A stretch of DNA of 60,000 bases from the NCBI GenBank assembly GCA_013265495.1, contig MU057781.1, positions 932,001 to 992,000 on the forward strand, in the 5' to 3' direction. A program made the position numbers and the translations under genes. Positions 35,163 through 47,305 of the stretch are shown here, piece after piece. Each line of letters starts with the position of its first letter. Position 1 is the first letter of the stretch. The notes under the pieces are model-generated. The model saw only the letters and a list, made by a program, of their open reading frames with translations, searched no databases and was not told where the DNA came from. Source of the stretch: Vicugna vicugna (taxonomy: Eukaryota).

Positions 35163-37554
35163 CCAAGCCATTTAAAAAAGGAAACAGAACCAGTGTGAGG
35201 AAACAGGATTTGGAGGATGGGAAGGAGCCCGCTGGCCGGGAGGCAGTTCAAGTGCGTGTCGCTCCACTGCTGATGCAGGCGTTGAGGGGACAGCGGGACA
35301 GAGGCGGCCTGTGGTGGTGGTGGGGGCATGGAGGGGCTGCAGGAGGAGCCCCTCCCCTCCTCTGTGGCCCTGGGCACTGTCCCTGTCCCCTGTGCCCAGT
35401 CTGCCCTGGAGGGAGGTGGGGTCCTGGCGCCCTGTTTGCTGGTCTAGCCAGAAGTTGGTGTTGGGGAAGGACGCAGTGGTGTCAGGGAACCTTGGCCCTG
35501 GCCCAGGGTGCCCCATGCGGCTCTGTGACACGGACATGCTCAGATGATCAGACAGGCGTATCTCCATGCTGACTGCTCCCCTGCCTTGGACATCAGCCTT
35601 TTATTCTGTTTCCTTTTGCATCTGGTGCTTGGAGTCCAGCCGGATGGGCCTCTGTTGAGAAGTGGGGCTCACCGCTTGGTCTCAGCCCTGATGGTGGCCG
35701 GAAAGGTGGATAATTTTATTTTTTTATAGGCCTTTATTTCAAAGTTAAACTTGCTTTGTTTCTTAGAATTTGATCCTATTTGATGATTCATTGTTATTCA
35801 AATCCATTATGTTCTGGGGCACCCTTTAGGGGAAGATGTGTATTTTGTTATAAAATTTGCCAAGCCCTCCTTCCCCGCGGAGGTTCTCAGAGCATACGTC
35901 TTCGTGAGAGGTGTTGGCATAATTTATAGAGACGCCGCTGGCTTTTTCTTTCTCTTTAATTAAAGAGGAGGATGTTGCTGAGTTATTCTTCATGGGAAAA
36001 CTCCTTGCTCTTCTGATTTTCATTTTTTCTAATTCTCTGCCAGGTTTCTCTAAATAGACCTGATGTGCAAACAGAGGGCGGACTTCAGAGTGTGGGCTGC
36101 AGGCCTGGCTGCCCCTCGCTGGGCCCCCGACCCTAGGCGGGCTCGCTCGCGGCCCTGCTTGACGCGCCGTCGGTCCTGGCCATTGGTGGAAGGCCCCATC
36201 ACTGCTTCCTCCTGTGGGACTATTTTTAGCCTCCGTGTATCTGTGACTGCACAGACAAGATTTCCTTTCTGGTGAAAGGAAACGGCTTTCCACCGGGATA
36301 AGCGTGTGGTGTGGGGCAGGATTTCCTGAGGAATCTGCAGCATCAGTGCCCGCCTCAGGGTGTGTCTGGGGCCTGGCCAGAGCTGCAGCTCGGGGTGAGG
36401 GAGCCCAGGGTGCTTGTTTGTTTTTAAATGACCCACATTTGAAAGTTGTACTGCAGTGTTTTAGAAAGATGAGACTCTGTCCCAGTGTACCCGGTTCTGC
36501 GTTGTCCTGTTCCCCTGGGGTGTAGGTGTGGTCAGCTCTCCAGTGGGTCAGGACTTGGGGCTCCGGGGGCCTTGACTCCACGTCTTCCCTGAGCCCAGGC
36601 TCCAACCAGCCTGTGGGCGCCACGTAGTCCTTTTCCTGGTGGTCATGGTCATGCTTCCCGGCCCAGGGAGAGCCCATGTGCCAAGTAAGCCAGCAGGTTT
36701 CCTCCCGTTCCTGTAGGTCCCGGAGGATGGGGTCTTGAGGAGGGGAAGGGCCAGAACGGGGGGGCTCCTGGTTCCCCATCCTGAGACCCCCAGGAGGAGA
36801 CAATGCCCGAGGGGGCGGTCAGCTCCAGAAGGTGGCCTGCTGGGGTGGCCTTCCAGCACCTTGGCCCGTCCCACCGGCTGCCTGCCCCAGCGGGCTCCCC
36901 GGCGCCCTCTTCCCAAGGGCCTCCCTCTGGCCAGCTCTGCCCCCGCCAGGGCTGCTCTGAGCCCCTCTGCAGGCCTCCCTGGTGGACTGGGGGGCTGGTG
37001 TTTGAGCCCAGGCGCCCGGGTGAGGGAGAGAGACGAGGGGCGGGGGCTGGGTCCGTTCTTCACAAACTAGCCTCTCCTGGCCTGCCCCTGGCTCGTGGGT
37101 GCAGGTGCCGTGTCTGGGGGTGGGGCGGCACCCAACCCACGTCTGGCGCCCTGCAGCCTCCCCCAGGGTCCAGCCCGGGGAGTCCAAGTGGGGATGGCCA
37201 GGTGGCGGGTGGACGCCCGGGCACGAGTGCTACCAAAGCAGTTCTCAGGGTGTGCCCCCACCCAGAATCCTGACATCATGTTTCATGGATTCTAAAAGTA
37301 CGTTTCCCATATTTTTGGTGTCTCTGAATTGAGACTAGTCTTTGAAGTTCAAAGGCTCACAGGGTGTCTGATAGAGTGGTGTCTTGGATTCACAGAAGTG
37401 ATGTCATCACTGGTGATGTAGCTGAGGGACCGTCCCAGAGCTGGTTGCCTTATCGGGGAGTCCAAGGGTGTCCTGTGGGAGAGGGTGCCCTCACTGCTGT
37501 TCCTGTTGAAGACTGTGGGCTGGAGGGGCGGTGCCTGTCCCAGGACCCTGCAGG

Positions 37555-37650
37555 GAGAGCTAGGATTTGACCCTGGCCTCTCTGGGTGCCACGTTGTTAA
37601 GGACACCTCTGCTGCTCTCTGAGCCTGCTTCCCGCCCTGTAAAACGGGGC
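37555..37650 (+). mobile_element. MIR SINE fragment
   Basis: ggatttgaccctggcctct...ctctctgagcctgcttcccgccctgtaaaacgggg resembles the MIR core (ctctctgagcctcagtttcctcatctgtaaaatgggg). Confidence 0.55.
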
Positions 37651-38249
37651 CCTGCCCGCAGAGCAGAGTGGGGTCGGGTGGAGTGGGCGGCAGCGCAGGC
37701 CTGGCTGGGTGCACCGGGCCCAGGAGGGGAGCCGCGGGAGCCGCGAGTGCGGGCGCGAAGGGGGCCCAGTCCAGCTGGAAGCAGCGGCTGCTCCAAGGGA
37801 TGCTGGGTGGATGGGCAGTTGCTCGGACCGGTGACCATCATGGGCAGGATGAGTCACCAGGACCAGCGTAGTCCTCCAGGCTGGCCAGGCTGTCACCCCG
37901 AGGTGACCACTGAGGAATCGGGTGGGAGCAATGTCTGGAGCTTGGAGAGAGTGGTGGATGGAGGGGCCACTCAGTGAGAGCCAGGACGTCAGCCGAGAGT
38001 CACGGCTGCCTCCTCAGGCCTGGGGCAGCTGGGCCCTGGCGACTGTCCACTGTGAAGCCCCTCCCGGGCTGCAGGGTGGCTGGCAGAGTGGTGGGGGGCA
38101 TCTGTCTGGAAGGTACATGCAAACATCACGACGCCCAGAAAGACGCTGGGACGGTTCCTGTCTTAGCGCCGTGGGCCTTCACAGTTGGGCCTTCCTGGCC
38201 TAAAGGTGCCCCAGCCAGCCCGGCTTGCGTGGACCAGTCACCTCCCGCG

Positions 38250-39410
38250 ACTCCACGACATTGCTTCCCCCGGTTTCCGTGTGGCTCAGGGTCACCGTTG
38301 GTCTGGGGTCATGGTTCTTCCGTCTCTGAGTCAGCCCCCAGCCTTGGTCTTTCTGATGCTGACCGTGGGGACCTTGTCCCGTAGGGTGTCCACAGTTTGG
38401 ATCTCTGGTTGGTCCTTCCTCTTGGCTTCAGCTGAGACCTTTTGGGCAATGTGGCCCCCTCCCCCACCGCAGTCCGGCGCTCGTCCCATCGCACACACGG
38501 AGGCTGTCAGAGTCTTTTCTGTGACTCTCTCTGGATGTTTTCGCATTTTCTACCAGAGTTTTTGCCTTTTTCCCCTTGACTTTAAAGAGTTCTTGAAATA
38601 TTAGGAAGACTGTCTCTTCATCTGTGATAATATATATATTTCAAGTGTTTTCAATCAGCTTTACCTTTGTCTTTTGATTTTGCTGATTTTTTGGCCATGC
38701 ATACTTGTTTTTAATAGTTAAACTATGATACGAATGAACATATCATTCTTTTTAAAAATCGTATTTGGATTTTGAGTCATGGTTTATTTCTCCATGAACT
38801 TTAGAATCAACTTACCTGGTCAGGCTGGGTGGGGCAGGTCACTGGCAGGTGTCGTCTGGGGACAGTGCTGCTTGGCGGTGCTTTTATGGCGCTGAGTCAC
38901 CGTCTCTGAGCACAGGGAGGTCTCTCCAGTGACTCACGTCTGTTTCTTGTCTCTGCCAGTTATGTCTCAACCCTCTTCTCTTAGGAAATTGTCACATTTT
39001 AGAATTTATTCCTAACGTTGACCTTTCCTTACGTTGCTGTTGTAAAGGGGGCTTTCGTCCCCACGTGTCTTCTGACTGGTTGTTGTTTGTATTTGTGACG
39101 GCCGTTGCTTTTTGTGTGTTAATTTTATATCCTGCTATTTTCCCTGAATTCTTTAATTGTTTGTCTCGGTTTCACCACCGACTCCTCGGGTTTCCCAGAT
39201 GCACCGTCACACCGTATGCGGGTGCGGCAGCCTGGCCTCCCGCTAAGTTATTTCCCCCTTTTGCTCTCAGTCTCTGATGACACAGACCCAAGGCAGAATG
39301 GCACTGGGAATGATGGGTCTCTGTCATGTCGCTGAGCTGGGTGGGGGCTGGTGCTTCCCCGGGAAAAAGGGACCAGCTCTAGGGTGAGGGGCAGGTAGCG
39401 GGGCAGTTCT
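38250..39410 (-). mobile_element. Ancient L1MC/ME-like relic
   Basis: gtagggtgtccacagtttggatctctg (3'UTR-like); ccatgaactttagaatcaactt and tttttgtgtgttaattttatatcctgcta (antisense ORF2). Confidence 0.65.
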
Positions 39411-39429
39411 TCTAGCACGTGCATTCTGT

Positions 39430-39830
39430 GATATGCCAAGTTGCTGCTATTACACAAGAAGTAGTAAAAACAAAGGAAGCACTTCAGTCAAAAAATAAAA
39501 TACAGAACCATGACACAAACTGAAGGAACACAGGAAGGATAAATCCAAATCCAAATATTGCTGAATAAGAAAACAGGAAAAAAACCAGGAAGACATTAAA
39601 GTAAGGAAATATTAAGAGTTATTTGTTCGAATACATAAATATTTGATTGGGCTAATTATTTGGGAGATGGAGGAGGGAGGGAAGGACAGACAGACTGACC
39701 ACACAGTAGCACTTGGGAACAAGAATTACTCATACAGTTTAAGCATTTGGATAAAATTGTCAATTAGATCCTTACCACAGACATTGTACCAAAATAAAAT
39801 CCAAGTGGGGAAAAGTGTTTAAAATAACAC
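39430..39830 (+). mobile_element. A-rich sense L1-like fragments
   Basis: A-rich segment; attagatccttaccacagacattgtaccaaaataaaatccaagtgg resembles ORF2 LDPYLTPYTKINSKW. Confidence 0.5.
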
Positions 39831-39876
39831 TTGTTCTACTTTGTTATGCACATATACGTTTATAATATTAAGGACG

Positions 39877-40394
39877 TGTATTGGTTTTCTGTGCTGTGTA
39901 ACAAACCATCACAGACCTGTGGTTAAAACAAGCACCCGTTCCCGGCCCTGTGTTTTCTGTGGGCGGAAGTCGAGCACAGCTCAGCTGGGCCCCCTGCTCA
40001 GGGTCTCGGGGAGGGACCCCAGGAGGGAAGGGTCTGTGTCTGAGCCCCTCTGGCTGTTGACGGAGGTCCTTCCCTGGAAGCTGTAGAGTTCATGGCATCT
40101 TGCATCTTCAGGGCCGGCAGGAGAGAGAGCCCTTTGCTTCCAGCCTTTGACCTTTAGATCCTCTTTTCAATGGCTCATCTGATAAAGGCAGGCCTACCCT
40201 GGAGAATACCCCCTTTGATTAGTTTAAGGTCGACTGCTTTTGGTGTTTAATTACATCTGCAAAGTCCTTTCACCTTTGCCGTGTGTCACCTGGTCATGGG
40301 AGTGACTGTGAATATAGCTTACATTCCCAGGCCCCGCCCACACCTAAGTGAGGGCAGGGCACCTGGGGGGCTTGCTAGGGGGCTGCCTGCTGCA
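39877..40394 (-). mobile_element. MaLR solo LTR (MLT1E/F-like)
   Basis: Begins TGtattggttttct...tgtaacaaaccatcac, contains ttaattacatctgcaaagtcctt, and ends ggctgcctgctgCA. Confidence 0.75.
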
Positions 40395-40489
40395 GGGAGA
40401 ACCTGTTAATTCCTGGTTCATTAAAGTCTTAGCACAAACGCTGTTGACTTTTACTGAAAAACTTCTCGGTTAATTTTTTTAACCTTCAC

Positions 40490-42300
40490 TTATTTCTTAT
40501 CCATAATTCTTCCCTTATTTAAATCCAGCTGCTGCCCTATGTAATTTTGCTTCTCCCTGAGAAAGGTTTGAAAACATTACTTTCAGGTCATGTCTACGGG
40601 TGATGAATATCCTCCGGTTGGTTTGTCTGAGTGAGTCTTTATTTCTCCCTCATTTTTGAAAGATACTTTTGCTGGGCACACAACCCTGGGTTGGTGTTTT
40701 GGTTTTTCCTTTCACCGCTCGGAACATTTCACTCCGCTTCTTCCTGCGCGTGTGGCTTCTGTCGGGAGTTCACGGTGATTCTCAGCTTGGCTCCTCTGCA
40801 GATGAGGCGTGGTTTCCCTTCCTTCTCTGGAAGCTTCTCCTCTCTGGCTTTCTGCAGCTTGGCTGCTTCGTGCCTTGGGCTGGGGCATGCTGGTGTTTAT
40901 CCTGCCTGAGGCTCTCTGAGCTTTTTGGGTCTGTGGTCTGGTGTCTGTCATTAATTTTGGGGAAATTCTTGGCCGTTGTTTCTTCAGATTTTTCTCTTTT
41001 CTCTTTCTTCTTCTGATACTCCTGTTACATGTGCATGTATCTTTTGGAATTGTCCTGCAGTTCTTGGATGTTCTGTAATTTTTTTTCCACTTTTTTACTC
41101 CCTGCATTTCAGATTTGGAAGTTTCTAATGACATGTCTTCAAGCTAATTGTTTTCTTGTCTGTGTCTATTCTGTTCCTGAGCCCATTGAAGGCATGCTTC
41201 ATTTTTGTTAGTGTTTTTGATTTCTGTTGTTCCCTTTTGATCCTCCCATTGCTCTGCTTGTATTACCTGTCTGTTCCTGCATGCTGTCTGCTGTTCCCAT
41301 TAAAGCCCTGAGTGTGTTAGTCATAGTTATTTTAAATTCCCTTTCTGATAATCTGTGTCATAATTGACTCTGATTCTGATGCATTTTTTAAAATGTCTTT
41401 AGACTGTTTTCCTTGCCTTTTGCTATACCTTTCTGTCAAAAGCTGGATGTGCTGTATCGGGCGATAAGAACTGAGGCAGCGAGGCCTCTAGCGTGAGGCG
41501 AGGAACTGGGCTGTGTGCACGGTTTGCTGTACCTGTGGGGTCAGAGGCATCTCATGCCCCTTGTGTCCTCACTTTTGTCTCCCCTGCTGCCTTGAGCTTC
41601 CCTAAGGACTCCTCCTCAGAACTAGTCTGGTCTTGCCCCCTCACGGCTAAGGTCCACCTTCATCACCTGCGGCCCCGCTGGAGCAGTGGTGAGGAGTGGG
41701 GGGAAGAGAGTACCCCGCAGTCCGCGGTTAAATCTCAGCCTGCTCGTGGGGCTGTGTCCCTGCGCTGTGGCCTCCGCACGTTTCTTATCTGCACCCCACC
41801 CCCGGCCCTGGCCCTATCCCTTAGATGAGATAGGAGGGCTAGCAGGGGAAGGGTCCTGCCCACAGACGGGCTGGGGCTCTGGTGCATCTCTCCTGTGCTG
41901 AGCAGGCTTCTGAGAGTGCTCTGGGTGTATCTCACAGTGGTTGCTTTTTCCCTTCCTCTGCCAGAGCCAGGAGGGCGTCTTCACTGTGAGTACTCTGTGG
42001 GGTACCTGGGAGTAAAACCTAGAGAAATGTAGGGCCATGCTTAAACCTGGGGTCCCACAGAATTTATTGCTTTCACGCGTGTCTGCTCTCCACTCCCAGC
42101 TTGTCATCAAAATTACCATCTGCGTCTTCCTACGAGGCTCTGGCTCCAGCAGCTTCTCCCGGTGAGCAGATTGTATTCGTCTGCCTCCCCGCCTTCAGGG
42201 TGGAGGGTGCTAGCCATTTCAGTTCTCTGATGGGACTAAGAAAAGTCGTTGCAAGGATGGAAGTGAGGACTTGCAGGCTCTTCACATGTTGGGGCTGTAG
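40490..42300 (-). mobile_element. Old L1 5' region (ORF1 and 5'UTR remnants)
   Basis: Minus-strand ORF 40712-41134 contains PKLMTDTRPQTQKAQRASGRIN, matching L1 ORF1 (FPKLMTDTKPQIQEAQRTPSRIN). Also tttatttctccctcatttttgaaagatacttttgctggg. Confidence 0.8.
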
Positions 42301-42602
42301 CTGCAAGTTTCTACTTAACTTTGCAGTTCTTTGTAGAAATGAATGTTTGATTTTCTGCCTTGTTAGTGTGGTCGGCTGTGCTAATGGCTTTCCTAGCATT
42401 GAACCGTCTGTGCCTTCGTGGTTTAGTGCACTTAGTTACGGTAAGTGAACTTCTAATGTACTGCTGCATTCTTTACTTTTGGGGATTTGTTTTGAAGCCA
42501 TAAGTGACATTGGCTTGAAGTTCCCCCCTTTGTGTATGCTGTCTTTGTCTTGTTCATAGCCGATATGCAGGTTTTCCTCATTTTTTTTTTTGTGATTTAG
42601 AG

Positions 42603-42762
42603 CTGTGCTGTCCGATAATGGCTACTTACAGGTGTTTAAATTAATTAAAATTAGAAAAGTGAAAGTTCAGTTATTTAGTCACACTAGCCACATTTCGAGT
42701 GGCAATTTATCTAGTGCAAATAGAGAGCATTTTTGTCATCACAGAAAGTTCTGTTGTGCTGA
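42603..42762 (-). mobile_element. MER3-like hAT-Charlie MITE
   Basis: ctgtgctgtccgata...tttaaattaattaaaatt...agtcacactagccacatttcgagtg...catcacagaaagttctgttg matches the recalled MER3 reverse complement. Confidence 0.8.
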
Positions 42763-42859
42763 TCTGGAATCAGAGGAACTTCCCGTGTCAGTGGGAGGAC
42801 GTGCGATCCGCACTGCCCAGTCCAGTGACCACTGTCGCAGGTGGCTTTTGGGCATTGCG

Positions 42860-42965
42860 TATGTGTGGTGCTTGTCGTGTGGTGTGTGTGTGTATGGTCT
42901 GCGTGGTGTGGGGCGTGTTTGGTGCGCGTGTGTGGTCTGTGTGGGGGGTGTGCGTGACGTGTGCT
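42860..42965. repeat. Degenerate (TG)n/GT-rich low-complexity tract
   Basis: Read directly from the sequence. Confidence 0.85.
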
Positions 42966-43539
42966 TGAGTTGTTGGTCGCCTTCCCACTTGCCCGTGGCG
43001 GCTCCTCACGCAGTGGCCGCGTCCGCGCGGGTAGCCTGCCTTTTATTGTGCTGACAGTGAAAGCGGTTGTTTCAGAGGCTGCTGAGGTGCGGAGAGCTTT
43101 CACTGGTTTTCTGTTCTTCAGCTTTTGGAATTCAGAGTTCAACACCAAGAGTAACGTGCGCGGTGATTACAAGCACATGAAAGGTGAAGAAAAGAGTAAG
43201 AGGTTGCTTCAGATACAATTGCTCCAGAATTTTGGTGTTTTTTTCACAGTCTTTTCCCCCCACTCCTTTAACGACACTGTGGAGAGGGCTGGAAGCAGCT
43301 GCCGTGTGGAGCCCCCGGCCCCCGCCCCTGCACCCTCCGCCCAGCCCTTCCGTCCCCCTGGGCGCACGAGGGTCCGTCCTGGTCAGCGCGGGCTCGTGGG
43401 CGAGGAGGCGCGGGTGGGGGCCCGCCTCCCCTGCGCGGGGCTGTGCTGGGCTGTCCTGCCGCCGGGCTTGGGCACGGGCGGGAATTACTCTGTGCGCCTC
43501 CCACCTCTGATAGGGTGCGAGCTGCTTTGGGCTCACGTG

Positions 43540-43940
43540 TGCTCATCGCAGGTTGCGTTTTTTGCTAAGATGCACCCAGTGCAGCGTTCATCCTGCTGGC
43601 CGTCTGCAGGCGCGCGGGGCTGTGGCGTCGCGCGCGTTTACAGGGCTGTGTGGGCGTCACCACTGTCCGTCCCAGGAGCTGTTTCATCGTCTCGTCCGTC
43701 TGCGTTGTTGCCTCCTTACCTCCTTCGGTGGGCGCACCACGTGATTCCTCCGTGGCCTCTAATGCTCTGCTGGAGTGTTCTTTATCGTAATTCTCTCGTG
43801 AGTGATGTTATCCCGAACCTCTTTGTATACAGAGCATTTTTGCGGTTTAGAATTCCTTTTCTGAGGATTGGCTTCCAGAAGTAGAGCTCCACGTTTGGAA
43901 GGAGTGAGTATTTTTAACTTTCTTCCAGCCACGCTTTGGT
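43540..43940 (-). mobile_element. Possible ancient L1ME 3' fragment
   Basis: gaacctctttgtatac...tttctgaggattggcttccagaagtagag...gagtatttttaac resembles the antisense L1ME 3' end. Confidence 0.4.
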
Positions 43941-44408
43941 AGTTTTGGTACTGATCACGAGAGCAGCTTTAGGGTGTCTGAGGGGTAGATAGGTGTGTGC
44001 TTTCTGTGACGCTGAGGCCAACTCACTCAGGCCCCGGCCTGACCGCGCTTTGGGCTGGAATGAGAGCCTTTAAGAACTAGTTCGTGGGTTTACCTTTTAT
44101 CCTTATTTTAAGTGGCTTTAAAAATAACTGCGTTAGCCAAACATGGGCCGTAACTCTGATGAGGCCGAGAGCCGGCAGACGGCGTGGCCTCAGGGCCTTG
44201 CCCACAGCTGCTTCTGGGTCAGAACCACCGCGCTGGCCAAGTTAGCCCCTGGACGCAAGTGGACTGCGGATGGCAGCCCAGCAAGACCCGTGGGGGTGGG
44301 GCCCCCAGTGAAAGGGTGCCGTGGCAGAGTACGCCTAGTCTTACAAACAAGTCCGGGATGTGTGCATTAAAAAGAAATCGTTTTTCTCTTGGTCTTGGCA
44401 GAAAAGCA

Positions 44409-44449
44409 GTGTGTGTGTGTGTGTGCACGTGCGCGCACATGCACATGCT
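44409..44449. repeat. (TG)n plus alternating purine-pyrimidine tract
   Basis: gtgtgtgtgtgtgtgtgcacgtgcgcgcacatgcacatgc. Confidence 0.9.
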
Positions 44450-45217
44450 TGTGTTTTATGTCTGAGGATCTGTTTTCTGGGCATTTGGGACCATGATGAC
44501 CAAGCTTTTCAGTGCTTCTTGTCGGTTCTCTATGCATTTTCCCTTTTTTCTCACAGCACCTGGGAGACGTGGCAGGCGTGTTCATGTGCAGTTCTGTTGG
44601 TGTGGTTGGTGTGGGCTTGTCCAGGGCAGAGACAGGGACTGGGCGTCGTCCACTGCCTTCCTCCGGGGAGCAGGCGCTTCTGGGAGCCCAGCTTTCCTTC
44701 CCTGAGGACCTTGTGGTCTGTTGTTAAACTCCTTACATCCCGTGCAATAAGATTTAAGATTTTAGGATATCAGGCTGTAATTTCCGTTGTAACTTTAAAT
44801 GAATTGCACGTTTTTTCACACGTCTTCAGGAATGCATCAAGAAGGTTGGACAGTAGGGTTATATGTTGCGTGGGAACATTTTTATGCATAGAGTTTAAAA
44901 ATTACGTGTCAACGTCTCTGATGATGCCAGCATGACAGAGCGTCTGGTCGTTCCTGCTTGCCTGTCCGGGCTTTCTCCTGTCGTTGTGAGTTGTGTGGTC
45001 AGTGTGCGGAGGGGCAGCCCCGGGGCTGTCTGTGTGTCTGTCAGGTTGGGCCCCGGGAGCCCCTCCTCAGCACTAGGCTTGACGCCGTTGTTGCTCCCCC
45101 GTCGTCCAGAGACGGGGAAATGCAGTGAGGGGCGTGGAGCCGCCGTGTGGCCTGCTGAGCCGCAGCCCCGGTTGCGGCGCTCCGGTGGGGCTGCCGGCTG
45201 CTTAGATTGATTTCTCC

Positions 45218-47305
45218 AATGTTTTATTGGTGAAATATACATACCAGGAAATTTACCGCTTGAACCGAGTGTACGTTTCAGGGGCAGGACGTACATTCAC
45301 ACTGTTGTGCAGCCATCGCTGCCATCCATCTTCAGAACTTCTCGTCTTTCCAAACAGAAACTCTGCGCTCGTTAGACACTGACTCCCCACCCCCTCCCCG
45401 TCGCCCAGCACCCACCACCTACTTTCTGTCCCTGTGGATTTGACTGCTGTCATGTCTTCTATGAATGGATTTATACAGCATTTGCCCTTTTGCGACAGGC
45501 CTGTTTCACTTAGCATAAAGTCTCTAAGAGTCATCCAAGTTAGAGCATGCCAGAGTTTCCTTCTTTTTAAGGCTGAGTAGTATTCCAGTGTATGGATAGA
45601 CCCACATCTTGTCTGTTCATCCTTCAGTGGGCACCTGAGCTGTCCCGCCTTCTGACTAATTGTGAGTTACTTATGCTGCTGTGAACATGGGTCTACAAAT
45701 AGCTGTTTGAGTTTCTGCTTTCAGTTCTTTTGGGCAAATACCCAAAGTGGAACTGCAGAATCATATAGTAATTCTATTTTTTAATATTTCGAGGACCCTC
45801 CATACTGTTTTTCCCAAGTGCTTGCACCAGTTTACATTCCCGCCAAGAGTGCACAAGGGTCCTAATTTCTCCACATCTTCACCAACATTTGTCAATTAAT
45901 CAACTTAAAAATAATGGGTCTGAAGGGGTTTTGGTTTGTGTTTCCTTAGTGACCAGTGATGCTGAACGTCTTTCATGTGCTTGGCCGTTTCCGTATCTTC
46001 CTTGGAGAAATGTCTCTTCCAGTCCTTTGAATAGGGTTGTCTTTTTGTGTTGAGTTGTAGCAGTTGTAAAAAATATATCCTGGGTAGTAGCCCACTTTGG
46101 GTATATGGTTTGCCCGTTTTTTCTTGCATTCCACGGGTTACATTTTCACTCTTGATCATGTCTTTTGAAGCACAGAAGTTTTAAATTTGGGGGTAGGCCA
46201 GTTCATTTTTCCTTTGGTTGCTTGTGCTTTTGGTGTCATATCCCCAAAATCGTTGCTAAATCCAGTGTCATGAAGTTTTCCCCCATGTTTTCTTCTAAGA
46301 ATTGTATAGATTTAGGCCTTATGTTTAGGTCTTTGATCCATTTTGAGTTATTTTTTGTATATGGTGCTAAGTAAGAGTCCAACTTTATTCTTTTGCGTGC
46401 AAATACCTGGTTTTCTCAAAATTATTTGTTCAAATTACTGCCTTTTCCTTGTTGCATGGCCTTGGCACCCTTGTCAGAAATCATTCGATTGCAAACGCGA
46501 TGGTTTGTTTCTGGGCTCTCTGGTCTTTGTGCTGAGCTTCCCACGCGATTTTGCTGATTGTAGCTTTGAGATCAGGGAGTATGAGATCTCTGATTTGTTC
46601 TTCTTCAAGACTATTTTGACTGTTTATGATCCCTTGAGAGTCCATATGAATTTTAGGATGAGTTTTTCTACTTCTGCAAAAAAGTACTGGGAGTTTTAAT
46701 AAACTGGAAATTTTACTAAGAATGGCATTGACTCTGCAGATTGCTTTGGATGATGTCGACATCATAACAATGCTGTCTTCCGGTCCATGAACATGGGATG
46801 TCTTTCCATTTGCTGGTGGATGTCTGCTTTCCTTCAGAAGTGGTTTTGTAGTTTTCAGCGTGTAAGTCTTTCGCGTCCTTGGTTAAGTTTATTCATAAAT
46901 ACCTTATTATGCTATGGTGGATGGAAGTTTTTTTGTTTACTTTTCGGATTGTTCATTGTTAGTATATAGAAACACCACTGAATTTTGTGGTTGATTTTGT
47001 GTCTTACTTTGCTGAATTCATGTATTAGTTCTAACAGGGTTTCTTTTTTTGTTTTTGTTTTTGTTTTTCAGAATCTTTAGGGCTTACTACATATAAGATC
47101 ATGTCATCTGTGAACAGAGATCATTTTACTTCTTCCTTTCCAGTTTGGATGCCTTTTATTTCTTTTCCTTGCCAAGTGCTGTGGCTAGGACTTTCAGAAC
47201 TATGTTGAATAGAAGAGTTGAGAGTGGGCATCCTTGCTTTGTTCCTGGTCTTAGAGGAAAGGCTTTCAGTTTTTCACTATTAAGAATAGTGTTGGCTGCG
47301 GGTTA
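45218..47305 (-). mobile_element. 5'-truncated L1MB-like element (about 2.1 kb)
   Basis: Continuous antisense L1. ORF remnants MTLRDFMLSETGLSQKGKCC, KDWKRHFSKED and KAICRVNAIL; 3'UTR motif tacattcacactgttgtgcagccatc. Confidence 0.93.

Noticed and set aside
35826..36803. 325-aa minus-strand ORF
   Set aside because: No recognisable domain; Pro/Gly/Ala/Ser-rich; antisense within an intron. Long ORFs are expected in GC-rich DNA.
42961..43884. 307-aa plus-strand ORF
   Set aside because: Non-ATG start; runs through a GC patch and a probable L1 relic; no homology recognised.
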